A stretch of DNA of 64,000 bases, from the NCBI GenBank assembly GCA_964270895.1, contig OZ185439.1. One strand, 5' to 3'. Position numbers and translations under genes: made by a program. A model generated the notes under the pieces. That model ran no database searches. It had not been told where the DNA came from and saw only the letters and a list, made by a program, of their open reading frames with translations. Shown piece by piece: positions 37,200 through 47,889 of the stretch. The stretch comes from Podarcis filfolensis (taxonomy: Eukaryota). Numbering within the stretch: the first letter of the stretch is position 1; each line of letters starts with the position of its first letter.

Positions 37200-38560
37200 C
37201 ACGTGCACAGTGCGAGATCTAGGGGAATCCAGGAGCAGCTCCTTATTCGGGGATGCTCTCTTTCCCCCTTGTTCTGGGAAACAAGCCTAATACCTCGCCC
37301 CACCCCACCCCACGACCCTAAACTGCGCTGGTCGTGGAAGGGCCACTACGATCAATACGATTATAACAGCGCCGCTTGCAACAGCTGGGCCGGCTCACCC
37401 GCCCTCAAACCCGCCGCTTCCAACTTTTGGCTTCCGAGACAGGCGCGATCGGGCCGAGTTCGGTGCGGAATCTTGAAGGGAGAAGCCAGCACTCAGCAGC
37501 GGAGACGCCGCAGCGCGCAGCACAAGGCGGCAAAGGGAGCAGCGCCCGTCGCCGGTCAGGGGCAGCTCCCGAGGCCCCTCCCCTTTCGCTCGCTTTGGGC
37601 GGAGCTCTCCTCTCGGCATAAGCTCCGCCCACTAGAGCATGCGCGAAGCCCGCCCCCCTCCGCGGGCAGCCAATGGGAACCCCTCACTTCCCCATGGCGA
37701 GCCAGCCCAGCGTAGAAGGCAGCACAACCTGCCAACCAATGGGAAAGCCCGCACAGGCTAGGCCTGACTACCAATGGGAACACAGGTAATGGCTAATCAG
37801 GAGTAGCCAGGGCCCGCCTCCCTTCCCTCCCTGATCACTATGTGAAACAGACGCGCAGGGCCAGGGACCCGGATGTTCAGCGAGAATAAAAAGGCTGCGG
37901 CGGCCGCCGCGAACGCCCCGAGCAGCCGCCGTGAGTGAGGAGGACTCGGGCGCGCATCTCGAGTAACTCTCGGCGGGGCTTGGCCAGAGGGAGCGGCGCC
38001 TCTCCCTGGCGCCCCGCGCCCAGAACGAGCCCTCCACTCGCCCGCCGAGTTACCTGCAGCCGAGGGGGCGGCGGAGCCTCTCGGAGTAGCCTCCGGAGCC
38101 GCTTCTTTCGCCGACGCTGAGGGGGCTCAGTCGGGAGTGTTGCTTCCGCTGCCGCAGCAAAGCATCCCCTCCCCCCTTTCGATTGATTGGGTCTCGCCTA
38201 GTCCTGCCCACAGCGGTGATAATTTCTCCTCGCTGGGCGCGTCGATTGGCTGAGGCGGCGCTTGCGCAGAGGCTCCTGGGGGCTGTAGTTCGAGAACTCA
38301 GCGTCGCCCATAGATAACGCCGCGAGAGGTTGGGGGAAGCGAGAGGGCCCCGATTGGCCGTCTGAAAGGAGGCGGGACGGTCGTTTAGCTGCCTCCGCCT
38401 ACCAAGATTAGGATTGGTCGGCTTTCTTCGGAGCGCTTTAGTAAATGGCTTCTAGATGGAGAACGGGACGGTCCGCTGCTTGGTGAGATGGCGGGAAACC
38501 GACCTGGAAGCTGTCAGTTCCTTTCCCCGCTCCCACTTCCGAACCCAAGCTAAGAAAACA
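37200..38560. promoter_or_regulatory. CpG island / SAP130 promoter region with several CCAAT boxes, a GC box, an NRF1-like site and a ZNF143-like motif
   Basis: CCAATGGGAA at 37670, 37736 and 37771; GAGCATGCGC near 37636; AACTACAGCCCCCAG on - strand at 38276-38290; further ATTGG boxes near 38186, 38245, 38352 and 38413. Confidence 0.85.
38054..38170 (-). other. SAP130: SAP130 non-coding first exon (5' end approximate)
   Basis: Donor CTGCAG|gtaact at 38054 inside the CpG island; splicing to exon 2 reads RLQ|VEM, matching the junction I recall in the human long isoform. Confidence 0.7.
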
Positions 38561-39082
38561 ATGCCCTGAAGCCGCATTGCTCCCGCTCTGCCTTACATTT
38601 ACCTGCCTGACCCTTAATAAAAAGGTTTATTATTGTCCCGTTGCTGTGATCTCTTGTTATTCTAAAACACACAAGTTCTCTGTATTTTAGCAGCATCTCA
38701 TTCACTGGTTATGAACGGCTAATAATAATATTGTAATACATGTAATATAATGGACACGCGTGGACTGTTGCACTATTGCAGTCAACACTGGGCTGTCATA
38801 TACAAGGGAAGGGCCTTCAGGGTCCCTAGTGCAGCCTGTGGCACTCTTATACTCACGGGAGTATATTGCAATGCCAGTACAGTCTCAGAGAAAGCCGGGG
38901 TGGCGCGCAGGGTCAGATCCCTGCTCAATGGTGAAGCTCTATAAACTAATTTCCATATTCTACCTCACAAAGTTGCTGTAGGAATAAATTGGGGAGATGT
39001 ACACCACTTTGCGCTCCTTGGAAGAACGTAATAAATACTGAACCAGCTTCAGCCCAGTAAATGGTTCCTTAGGGCAGGGAAG

Positions 39083-39245
39083 TTCTGTTGCGCCAGAAGC
39101 GGTTTTGTCATGCTGGCGTCATGACCCGGAAAGCTGTCTGGACAAATGTCGGCTCCCTCGGCCTAAAGTGAGATGAGCGCCGCACCCCATAGTTGCCTTC
39201 GACTGGACTTAACTGTCCAGGGGTCATTTACTTTTTTACCTTTAC
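39083..39245 (+). mobile_element. Sauria SINE 3' fragment
   Basis: ccagaagcggttttgtcatgctggc...atgacccggaaagctgtc...ggctccctcggcctaaagtgagatgagcgccgcacccc...tttacctttac tail. Confidence 0.85.
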
Positions 39246-40226
39246 ATAATTTTTTTTGTATGCTGCCTTTCTGCAGTTAGAGCCATGCTCAAGGTGCCTT
39301 ACAACGTGAACAAATACATAACTACAACATAACAAAAGTAGTCATAATCAACAAATCATTAGAAAATACACAACCAAACTGAACAATTTCCACATAAATC
39401 ACAATATCTAAAATAAATATACAAAAAAGCAACAGCAACAACCTCCTGCAACAAAAACAAACTCCAAACACCCCAGCCCAAGAATCTGTGCAGGAGTAGG
39501 CAAAGGACCAGGTCATTCAGGATTCACAGCCAAGATGGACTGCATGCCTTAGCATCCACATCCTTATTTTAAACCACCAGCAGCAGTTTTAAGGAGGGTG
39601 CAGAGTATATGATCTGCCAACACTTCTGCTGATGGGGAAGAATGTGAAATGGGATGGTGGAGGTGGCCATTCCTTTATGAAAAAAGGAGACTTGTCTGAA
39701 GCAACACTGGCTGGCAGGATTGGGAGGGATAGGTGGTGTTGCACGTGAGAGGATTTTAGATATGGAGCTGGTGGGGAGTCTCAGATGGTGGAAAGTTGTT
39801 GAATATATATGGATGTTCAAGTTCAGAGAAGGGGAGGTGGTGATGTGGGCAATGCTGGTGTACGAATATTGGCAAGCAATATTAGAATGACAATGGGTAC
39901 TATTAGATATTGATATGTGAACCACCTGAGACATCCGGGTATAGTACAGTATATAAATTAAATAAATAAAATAATAATAATAACAATTGGCTATCCAGAT
40001 TTGGTGGCTAAATGACCAACAGTCCACACTGCATATCATATTATATGATCTACAAGGTTTTTCATTTTTTGTCACCTATCAGTAGGCATTCTATCAGGTT
40101 GAAGCAAAATGAGCAATGGGAAGCAGGTCAACTCCACTGGATCTTCTGAGAGACTAGCTCCTTTCGGTTTCAGTTTGAACAGCCTTATTGTAACCTTATG
40201 AGGCTTTGCCATCAGGTGGGAAAAAG

Positions 40227-40685
40227 TATTGCGCCCGGGAAAGGGAGATGGGAGTCAACAGACACTCAAGGAATAGTTTCGGGGGAAAAGCTTTATTTCT
40301 ACCATCCATGAACTGGTAGAAGGAGCAAGTGTGATAGTTCACAAACAAGCACGAGTTCACAGCCATTTGCACAGAGTATATATTCCCCTTCCAGTTCCCT
40401 CCCCTTTCTCCTCCTCTTCAAGAGCCCTGCCCCATGTTGAGTTCCCCTGAGCATGAACAGAAAGCTTCTATCTTTGGGATTCTTGGGACTCTTGGCACCC
40501 TTCCCAGGAAAAGGGGGTGAGAAGCCAAGGGGGGGGGTTGAGGAGCCTTGTGGTTCAGTATGTCAAAGATGTTGCAACTGAATGAGATAAAAGTCAGTTC
40601 TCAGGCTTGCTCTGAACAGAGCCTATTCATTAGCCTTTTTGAAGCTCTTTCGTACTGATAAAAGTAACGGTTTGCCCTTGCCACA
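40227..40685 (-). mobile_element. Candidate solo LTR
   Basis: On the - strand: starts TGTGGCAAGG, TATATA near 40376-40382, AATAAA at 40292-40297, then a GT-rich U5-like stretch ending CCCGGGCGCAATA. No clear TSD found. Confidence 0.45.
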
Positions 40686-41299
40686 GCATCTTGTGAGAAA
40701 ACAGAGGAAAACTTTAGCTGTGGATTTTTTTAGAAGACAAGAAATGAATTTTGGACAGTTTTGAGGCCTGGTTGGGGGGGGTGACTTCGGGCCTAGGTGG
40801 GGTCACCTGTCCTCACCTCCTTCATTATGACTTTTGTAACTTACGAAATGGTGCTTGAATTTATTTGTTTTTTCTTCTTTGGCATCATGCATTTTAAACG
40901 GTAAGGCAGGAATTGTCTTGTGATTGTTTTTTTTTATTATTATTGAACTGTAAGGCACTGTGGGAGTCTTTGTACCTGAATAAGGGAATGAAAGTGTTAA
41001 AGAAAACACAGTGCTATTTTTCTAGAAAAATAGGTGCTGGAACTCACCATGAATACCTCCCTCATTCTCTTAGAATGGCAATGGTGCCCGCCTGAGAGGT
41101 GCTGGAACTGAGTTCCAGTAAGTTTCCCCTGAAAAAAGTCCTGAGAAAAATTATAAATAAATAACCACTGATCCTACTTCCAGTGTTCCTTGCTGTCATT
41201 GCCACTCACTTACTTCCCCACTTGGGTGGGTGAGTAATTGGCTGCCTTTTGGGGGCATATCTCGCTCAAGAGGGCTCACATTATAATAAACCTATGATA

Positions 41300-41379
41300 C
41301 AGGGTGAGTCTTTTAAAAGAGGCCCTGTGGAACATGTGTACTCTGTATCCACGGGGCCTCTTTTAAAGGACTCACCCTT
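41300..41379. mobile_element. 80-bp Tc1/mariner-type palindromic MITE
   Basis: TA-flanked; 32-bp inverted arms CAGGGTGAGTCTTTTAAAAGAGGCCCTGTGGA / TCCACGGGGCCTCTTTTAAAGGACTCACCCTT (29/32 paired). Confidence 0.75.
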
Positions 41380-42169
41380 TAAGCAAGGGCTGGATATAGC
41401 AGGAAGTTGGGGCAGCAAGGGGACGAAGAGGAGACACTACCACAGATGGTGTCCTGTCAAAAAATTAGTTCACAGAAGTTGGTAGTCCCACTGAATAAAT
41501 CTTGCTGAGGGTTCTGCCACTTGAAAACCTGGGACTGGCTTTGAATATATGGGTGATGCTTGGATTGGTTTAGACCAGATTACTTTCCACAGCTGGGGAA
41601 GGATAGGAGATGGAATCAAGTATCCTGGAAAAGGGTGCAGTTGGGCAGAAGATCCCAACTGAAGTGATTGATCTCATTTCTATTAAAGGACTCTCAAGTC
41701 TTGCAGGTTTTTAAACTGGGGTCAGGAAACAATGTTGCTGCTATTAGGAGCCTAGAACAGGGATGCGAAGGAAACGTGAGGCTCTTCAGATGCTGCTGCA
41801 CTCAAGACTCCTATAATGGCTGGAGCCCAGGCACGAGGACGTTGGGCGCTTGTCGTCTCAACCACCTTTGGAGAACAGGTGCCTCCTCCACGATGCAGAA
41901 CTATGAAAGTGCAGAGCGGCACTGGAGTCTGGCAAGGGCTCGGGTGGAAGACTTCCTGCCTGGTCCTAAAGACGATCTTCCTAGGGCTGGAGCCTGTACA
42001 GTACTATCTAACGCTAGTCGAGTTACCCTGAAACGAAAAAGCCACAAGTCTCTTGCAGCGGACTGCTTCGCGAAATAGCCTGTAGCTCTTTGTGCGTGTG
42101 CGTATTTGTGTGTAGGGTGAGGAAATAATACTAATACAGTAATAATAATAATTCAGTGGCGAGGTGGAA

Positions 42170-43000
42170 GCGGGAGATGCTATTATGTCGGCAGACAATA
42201 AAGCGGGAAGGGTAGGGTGCAGCTTCACGGTACCGTCGGTTGCGTGCCCGCCTGCTTACAGTTTGTGTTCCGCTTCGTGATGGGAACAGCGCCCCTGCTG
42301 GGCGACTGGAGCGTCGCCTGGAGCGGGACTTTGTTTGCCCATAGCCAAAATGGCGCCGCGGGCGTCAAGGGCTGCTCCCAGACTGGTTCCTCCGTAGGGC
42401 AAAGAGCCGCTTCACCGCGGCTCTTCCTGGTAGCCGGCGAGGGGCCGGAACCGGAAGCGAGCTGTCAGGAAACCGAAGGAGCCGCGGCGGCTGAAGCAGG
42501 AAAGGAGCGTGGCGGTAGCTTACAGGCGCAATAATAATCCGCACGGCGCGAGAGCCCCGGCAGGAGCGGGAGGCGCCCTCTGGCTAAGTCGCGGCACCGG
42601 CACCATCGCCTCCCCCCACGTGCGGTGCCCCAGCACTGGACGGTGAGTAGGTGCCTGGGTTCCCGGACACCCGCATCTGAAGACGCCGCCGCCGCTTCTC
42701 CTTTTTCGGGCTCTCCTGGGGCGCGAGCGGAGGAGGCGGAGTCCATACGAGCAGGGAAAGCGGGGGGTCTAAGGGACTGGGGCGCGGAGAATTCGGGGTG
42801 GTTAACCAGAGCAAGCTCGTGTTTCCAGCCTTGCAACACAGCCGCGCGATTTTAAGGCTGCAATCCAGACGGAGTCGGCTCCGAGGTAGGTGCTATTGAA
42901 TCCCGTGGGTTTCACCCCCAGGGTTAGGATTGCAGCCCGAATTTCGGCAACTTTGTGGCGTTGTCAAGGATTCGGATATCTCGAACCGAAGGACAGAGAT
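42170..43000. promoter_or_regulatory. CpG island / UGGT1 promoter
   Basis: High CpG density; YY1-type CAAAATGGCG at 42346-42355; tandem ETS-type CCGGAACCGGAAG at 42445-42457. Confidence 0.85.
42450..42642 (+). other. UGGT1: UGGT1 first exon (apparently non-coding; 5' end approximate)
   Basis: Donor GACG|gtgagt at 42642/42643 in the CpG island; no ATG between 42353 and 42642. Confidence 0.7.
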
Positions 43001-43828
43001 GCGGTTAGCAGTTTTGGTGTTTATTCGTAGAGCTCCTTTGGATCCCTACAGACAAGTATTTTTTGCTAAAACTGTGCACGGAAAGGAAGATCTAACAAAC
43101 GAGGGGGTCAGCCCCAGGGCTCTTGGATTCGGTGTTGTTGCAGCAGAGGGACAGGAGCGCCTTTCTGAAATCTTACCTGCACAATGGGATTTGTGATCGC
43201 AATTGGCATGGTCAGAAGTGTCATCATTTGCCATATCTGGACATGCCTGCGTCCTGGAGTCCCATAATGGTGCTAAGAGTAGACCGTGAATGCACAGTAG
43301 GATGCATTGGATCAAGGGGGAAGCACTAGTTTTTTTAAAAAAATACTGAGTAGCAGGGCTGAGAATGACACGTTCCTGCTGAGGATTTTGAAGATAGTAG
43401 GTTGGATGATAATGGCCTAGATGGACTAGCGTCTGTCTCAGCAGCTTCTTACGTAATTTCTGCAGTGCCACTTCTTACCTTTACAATATGAAGTACAAGT
43501 GAGACAAATCTACTACGTTTTTGGGAAGGATTCATTTTTCTGAGACTTCCGTTTCTCTACTCTCTCAGGCCAACTTCATAGATGATAGAATTGCCATGAG
43601 GCTTTTATATGTGCTTTAATATTGCGCTTCCTGCAATGTAAAATTATTACTATTAACTTACAAAGTGCCTGCATTTTCTAAGGGCTGTGCATGTATTAAA
43701 AGAGAAGTCAGTCCCTGTAAATAGACTTACAATCTAATAGACATGATACAGAAGGGGAAAATGGAATCAGGAGGGGAAAAGAAGAAACGGGACTGGAACA
43801 CCTGCTTATTCACTAGCTCATGATAGAC

Positions 43829-43900
43829 TCATAGAATTGCATAGTTGAAAGGGACCCTGAGGGTCATCTAGTCCAACCCTCTGCAGTGTAGGCATTTCAA
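43829..43900 (-). mobile_element. CR1 LINE 3' end fragment
   Basis: tcatagaattgcatagttgaaagggaccctgagggtcatctagtccaaccctctgc. Confidence 0.72.
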
Positions 43901-44239
43901 CACGTGTTCCCCCAATACATGTGAATCAGCCCATTACCTCTGAATCAGTCCTAGAATTGTCCCTTTATTTTCCCAGATTTTGTTTATTTATTTTCTTATA
44001 TGCTGCCTTTCTTCCATCATGGAACCCAAGGTGGCACACATTTTATTCTCAGGTGGTTATCCAACCAGGTGCTGCTTAGCTTCAGCAAGATGGCAGGCCC
44101 AGCTTTTGTGTCAAGATATATACCTTATAACTGATTGCACACCCGTGGATTTACAGAAACATACACTTGCTTAACTATTTCTGCTGAAATACAATGCTTA
44201 AGTTAAATGTCTTCATTTGTTTCCAGGTTCTTTTATAAG

Positions 44240-44364
44240 ATGGGAACTCTAATTGCACTTATTGGAATATGGGTGAGCTTCTCCCTGGTAAAAGCTGATT
44301 CAAAAGCAGTGACGACTTCTTTGACTACTAAGTGGTTTTCCACACCTTTATTACTTGAAGCAAG
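44240..44364 (+). CDS. UGGT1: UDP-glucose:glycoprotein glucosyltransferase 1, exon 2 with start codon and signal peptide (MGTLIALIGIWVSFSLVKA-DSKAVTTSLTTKWFSTPLLLEAS)
   Basis: Acceptor ttccag|G at 44227, ATG at 44240, donor AG|gtaagc; hydrophobic signal peptide followed by the conserved DSKA..TTSLTTKW..TPLLLEASE. Confidence 0.95.
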
Positions 44365-44626
44365 GTAAGCAAGATGGTTAACTCAATGGTTTTTTTTTTA
44401 AAAAAGCAATTTAAAAATGTAATCTCCCATATAATTTGTGTCCCTGTGTTGCAAATGAGGGAGGCTTAGACAGTGGCTTGCCTTAAAAATACCCAGTAAA
44501 TTAATTACTGAATGAAATTTGAATCTGGACTTGTGAAATGCAGTGTCATAGGTGTTTTTAAAAATAAACCCCAAAGCAAATAAAACTTAACATAATGTAA
44601 TGATTCCTCTCCCCTCCTTTCTTCAG

Positions 44627-44709
44627 TGAATTTTTAGCAGAAGAAGGTCAAGAGAAATTTTGGAGCTTTGTTGAAACCTGTCAGGACTTTGGATCATCCA
44701 GTCATGATG
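44627..44709 (+). CDS. UGGT1: UGGT1 exon 3 (EFLAEEGQEKFWSFVETCQDFGSSSHD)
   Basis: tcag|T ... G|gtaatt; 83 nt. Confidence 0.96.
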
Positions 44710-44807
44710 GTAATTATTGCTTTGCTTGGTTGCTTTGTAATCAGATAGGGTACCGTGCGCTAAATTCTTTGTAAATGCTCATTGGTATAAATGACAAACA
44801 CTTAATA

Positions 44808-45058
44808 CAGCTGTACCTCGGAAATTGAACAGAATCCATTCTGGAAGTCCATTCGACTTCCGAAACATTCGACTTCCAAAGTGCGGCTTCTGATTGGCTG
44901 CAGGAAGCTGCTGCAGCCAATCAGAAGCTGCGGAAGCCCCATCGGACATTCGGCTTCTAAAAGAACGTTCGAAAACCGGAACACTCACTTCCGGTTTTTG
45001 ATCATTTGGGAGCCGAAACGTTCAACTCCCAAGGCGTTCAGGAGTCGAGGTACGACTG
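44808..45058. mobile_element. Tc1/mariner-superfamily (Tigger-like) MITE, 251 bp
   Basis: TA-flanked TIRs CAGCTGTACCTCG / CGAGGTACGACTG (2 mismatches); central palindrome cttctgattggctgcag...ctgcagccaatcagaag. Confidence 0.88.
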
Positions 45059-46320
45059 TAACTTGTTTTTCTCTTTCCATTTGTAGAATAATGCTAAATA
45101 TAAAAATAGTAAAGATTTTCATTTATGCTTTACACTTTAATGGAAAATGGTAACCAGTCAAAGCTTATGCAGATATAAATTGGCCATTTAAGGCAGATCT
45201 GTAGAACTTAGTGACTGACCAAGCCAAATAAACCTGCTAGCTGCATTTCCCCACTCTGAGCCTTTATCTGTGTTGCTGCCTACTTTGGTCTTCAAAAGCA
45301 GATTTATTTTGACATGCTACAATACATAGTGGACAGCGTCCATCTTGCTGAGTCACAAGTTATACAAGCCTACTCTTAAGGGATGAAAAACTAGGGATAG
45401 GATCATACACTCTTTCCTTCCCACATGCTAATTGCCCATTCCATTTCCCCCTTTACATGTGCACCAAAACTTGAACTGTGGACAAAACACTTTTAAATAG
45501 CTAGTACAGAAGCCAATCAGACTGGTGGAAGCAGTGACAGTTCTGTGCTTTGCCATTCTGATTGGCTGTCATTTCAGTGCTGTGCAGTAAGAAGGAGCCA
45601 TTTTCTCATTGTGCAGCATGGAAGTCAAGCAAGCTGGATATGTATGTGAGAGAGGTGTGAATGCCATGTGGGTGTAATGGGAGGGTTGGGGTGGGGGAGA
45701 GAGAGCTTTGTATATGTATGCTTTGGCCCCAGTCACTGTCTATGAGGGAATGTGGTGCCTGCAGGGATGGGGAGATGGTTCACCACCTCTTTAGAGCCTA
45801 ATGACTGTAATTTATAATCGATATGTCTTTGCAAGGTTAACAAGCTAAAGTAACTAAGACATCATTATTATTAATGAAAATATATAATATTTTGTTGTAA
45901 TAGAATTATGTCGTAATATAATAGCTTACTATTGAGGATATCTCATTAAATGGATCAGACACATTCCAGAAGTCATATCTATAATGGACTTGAATTCCAA
46001 GTATATCTTAAAAGCAATTATGTGCTTAGCAATTGTAGTAGTGACCAATGAGTATGAATAATCAAGTTCAGAGAGAGAAAGAAATATATTTTCTGCATGC
46101 AGTATTATATGGAGGTAGCCTAGGATCACAGTGTTTACCAACTTGTAGTCATATATTTCCAACTTGATATGACTGCACAGGATGCTGATTCCTTGTTTAA
46201 AATTGTGTCACTTTTTGCATACAGTTATACTGTAGTATGAACCACGACAATTATAGCTGATTTTTAAAATCCCTCTGCACTTGCATTAAAAACTAAATAG
46301 TTTACTTTGTGGGTTGACAG

Positions 46321-46451
46321 GTACTGATTATTCCTCTTACTATGCAATGCTACAAGCAGCTTCCCAGAATCTTTCACCTTTGCAACAGAACTTGTTGAAA
46401 TTTGCCTTGTCTTTGCGCTCTTATTCAGCTACGGTTCAAGCCTTCCAGCAG
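46321..46451 (+). CDS. UGGT1: UGGT1 exon 4 (TDYSSYYAMLQAASQNLSPLQQNLLKFALSLRSYSATVQAFQQ)
   Basis: acag|GT ... CAG|gttagt; 131 nt. Confidence 0.96.
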
Positions 46452-46802
46452 GTTAGTATATAGCTTTTGGAACATTTCTGATTCTCATGTTTTCATACAG
46501 ACAGTAATGCAAAAGGAAACACTGGGTGTCTCCTCTCCCTGAACTAGCAACCTAAGCCTTGTATGTGACCATATTACAATGACTAATTTTTTGACAATGA
46601 CTGACTATACTGTGTATATTGGGAGTGGTAATATGTTGATGGACCTTATTGAGTTGACAGATAATATCATCTTCCCTGATTGATTGCTTGCCAGCCTAGA
46701 CACCAAGGTTAGGTGTTGTGTCTAGGCATTGACAATCTTCCACCTCTTTCCTGACCACCGCCCAGAGAAGTATTGGGCATGGTACCAGTGCTGCAAAAGT
46801 TA

Positions 46803-47164
46803 CCATATTTTTCGCCCTATAGGACGCACCGTCCCATAAGGCGCACCTAGTTTTTTGGGGGGGAAATAAAGGGGGGGAAATTATTTTCCCCCAGGCACGG
46901 GGCTGGGGCGAGGGAAGCCCGAGCTTCCCCCGACCCCAGCCCCCAGAACAGGCAACTCTCTGCAAACGGTGGGAGCCCAGCGCCGGGCTCCCGGGCCTTG
47001 CGGAGACCTGCGCGAAGCCTGGAGAGCGAGAGGGGTCGGTGCGCACAGACCCCTCTCGCTCTCCAGGCTTCAGCGAAAGCCTGCATTCGCCCCATAGGAC
47101 GCACACACATTTTCCCTTCATTTTTGGAGGGGAAAAAGTGCGTCCTATAGGGCGAAAAATACGG
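46803..47164. mobile_element. Tc1/mariner-superfamily (Tc2/pogo-like CCGTA-end) MITE, 362 bp
   Basis: TA-flanked 27-bp TIRs CCATATTTTTCGCCCTATAGGACGCAC / GTGCGTCCTATAGGGCGAAAAATACGG (26/27); CpG-rich interior. Confidence 0.92.
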
Positions 47165-47776
47165 TACCACATGGATATTTATGTTCCTTTAAAAAAACCC
47201 CAAAACTTAAATTTAAAAGGAATGGTTTCTCATTTTGCAATTGTAAAGGAAACTGCTTCAGTATCCTGCCCACCATCTTGTTCGCCTACCATTCCTCAAT
47301 AGCTGCTCACCCAACATTAATAATAAACACAACACAAGACCGAGATAAAGAAAAGAGGGGAGAGAGATGGGGGGGGGAGGGAAGGGAACAAATAAAGTTG
47401 CTGTAAGATTATCCCTCTTTCTCTCATTTAGCTCCAAGACAGGAGACCTTTCTTGATTGATTATAAAATGGAGTGGTCTTTATTTTGTGTGGTATTTGTC
47501 TTTGAAAGAATCTAAGAAGTTATTCTACCTTCCTCGCTGGTATCCATCTGGGCTGGAAGCAGAAAAGCTGTGCAAATGCCCCCATTCCACAAGTCGTGGC
47601 CAGTTTTTTTGATGTGATTCAGTGCTCTACTGTTCGTTCATATGGATCAAAAATGACAATGCACAGATGAATCTATTAGAAGCAGAGTATCTTGTGATGC
47701 TGTTACTATGACCATGATGCGATTCCCCCCCCTAAAAAGGTGGACATCTTACTATAATAGATCCATTTTAATACAG

Positions 47777-47889
47777 ATAGCAGCTGATGAGCCGCCACCA
47801 GAGGGATGTAATGCATTTTTTGTTGTACATGGAGAGAAGACTTGTGAATCTGACAAACTCAAAATGCTTCTACAAACAGCTTCAGAAAG
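47777..47889 (+). CDS. UGGT1: UGGT1 exon 5 (IAADEPPPEGCNAFFVVHGEKTCESDKLKMLLQTASE)
   Basis: acag|ATA ... AG|gtagtt; 113 nt. Confidence 0.96.

Noticed and set aside
37203-38120. Overlapping ORFs (up to 170 aa) at the SAP130 promoter
   Set aside because: CpG-island artefacts; only the splice-linked frames noted under findings were kept.
39480-40075. 168-aa - strand ORF, faintly reminiscent of an L2 pre-RT segment
   Set aside because: Non-ATG start, crosses a TAAA/TAA microsatellite, and the similarity is too weak to call without an alignment.
42602-42622. Possible ER-stress element in the UGGT1 first exon (CCACGTG)
   Set aside because: ERSE needs CCAAT-N9-CCACG; the upstream pentamer here is ACCAT, so it is only an E-box-like hexamer.
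42217-43471. ORFs of 76-141 aa around the UGGT1 first exon
   Set aside because: GC-rich promoter and intron start, no homology recognised, and not connected to the UGGT1 frame by an ATG.
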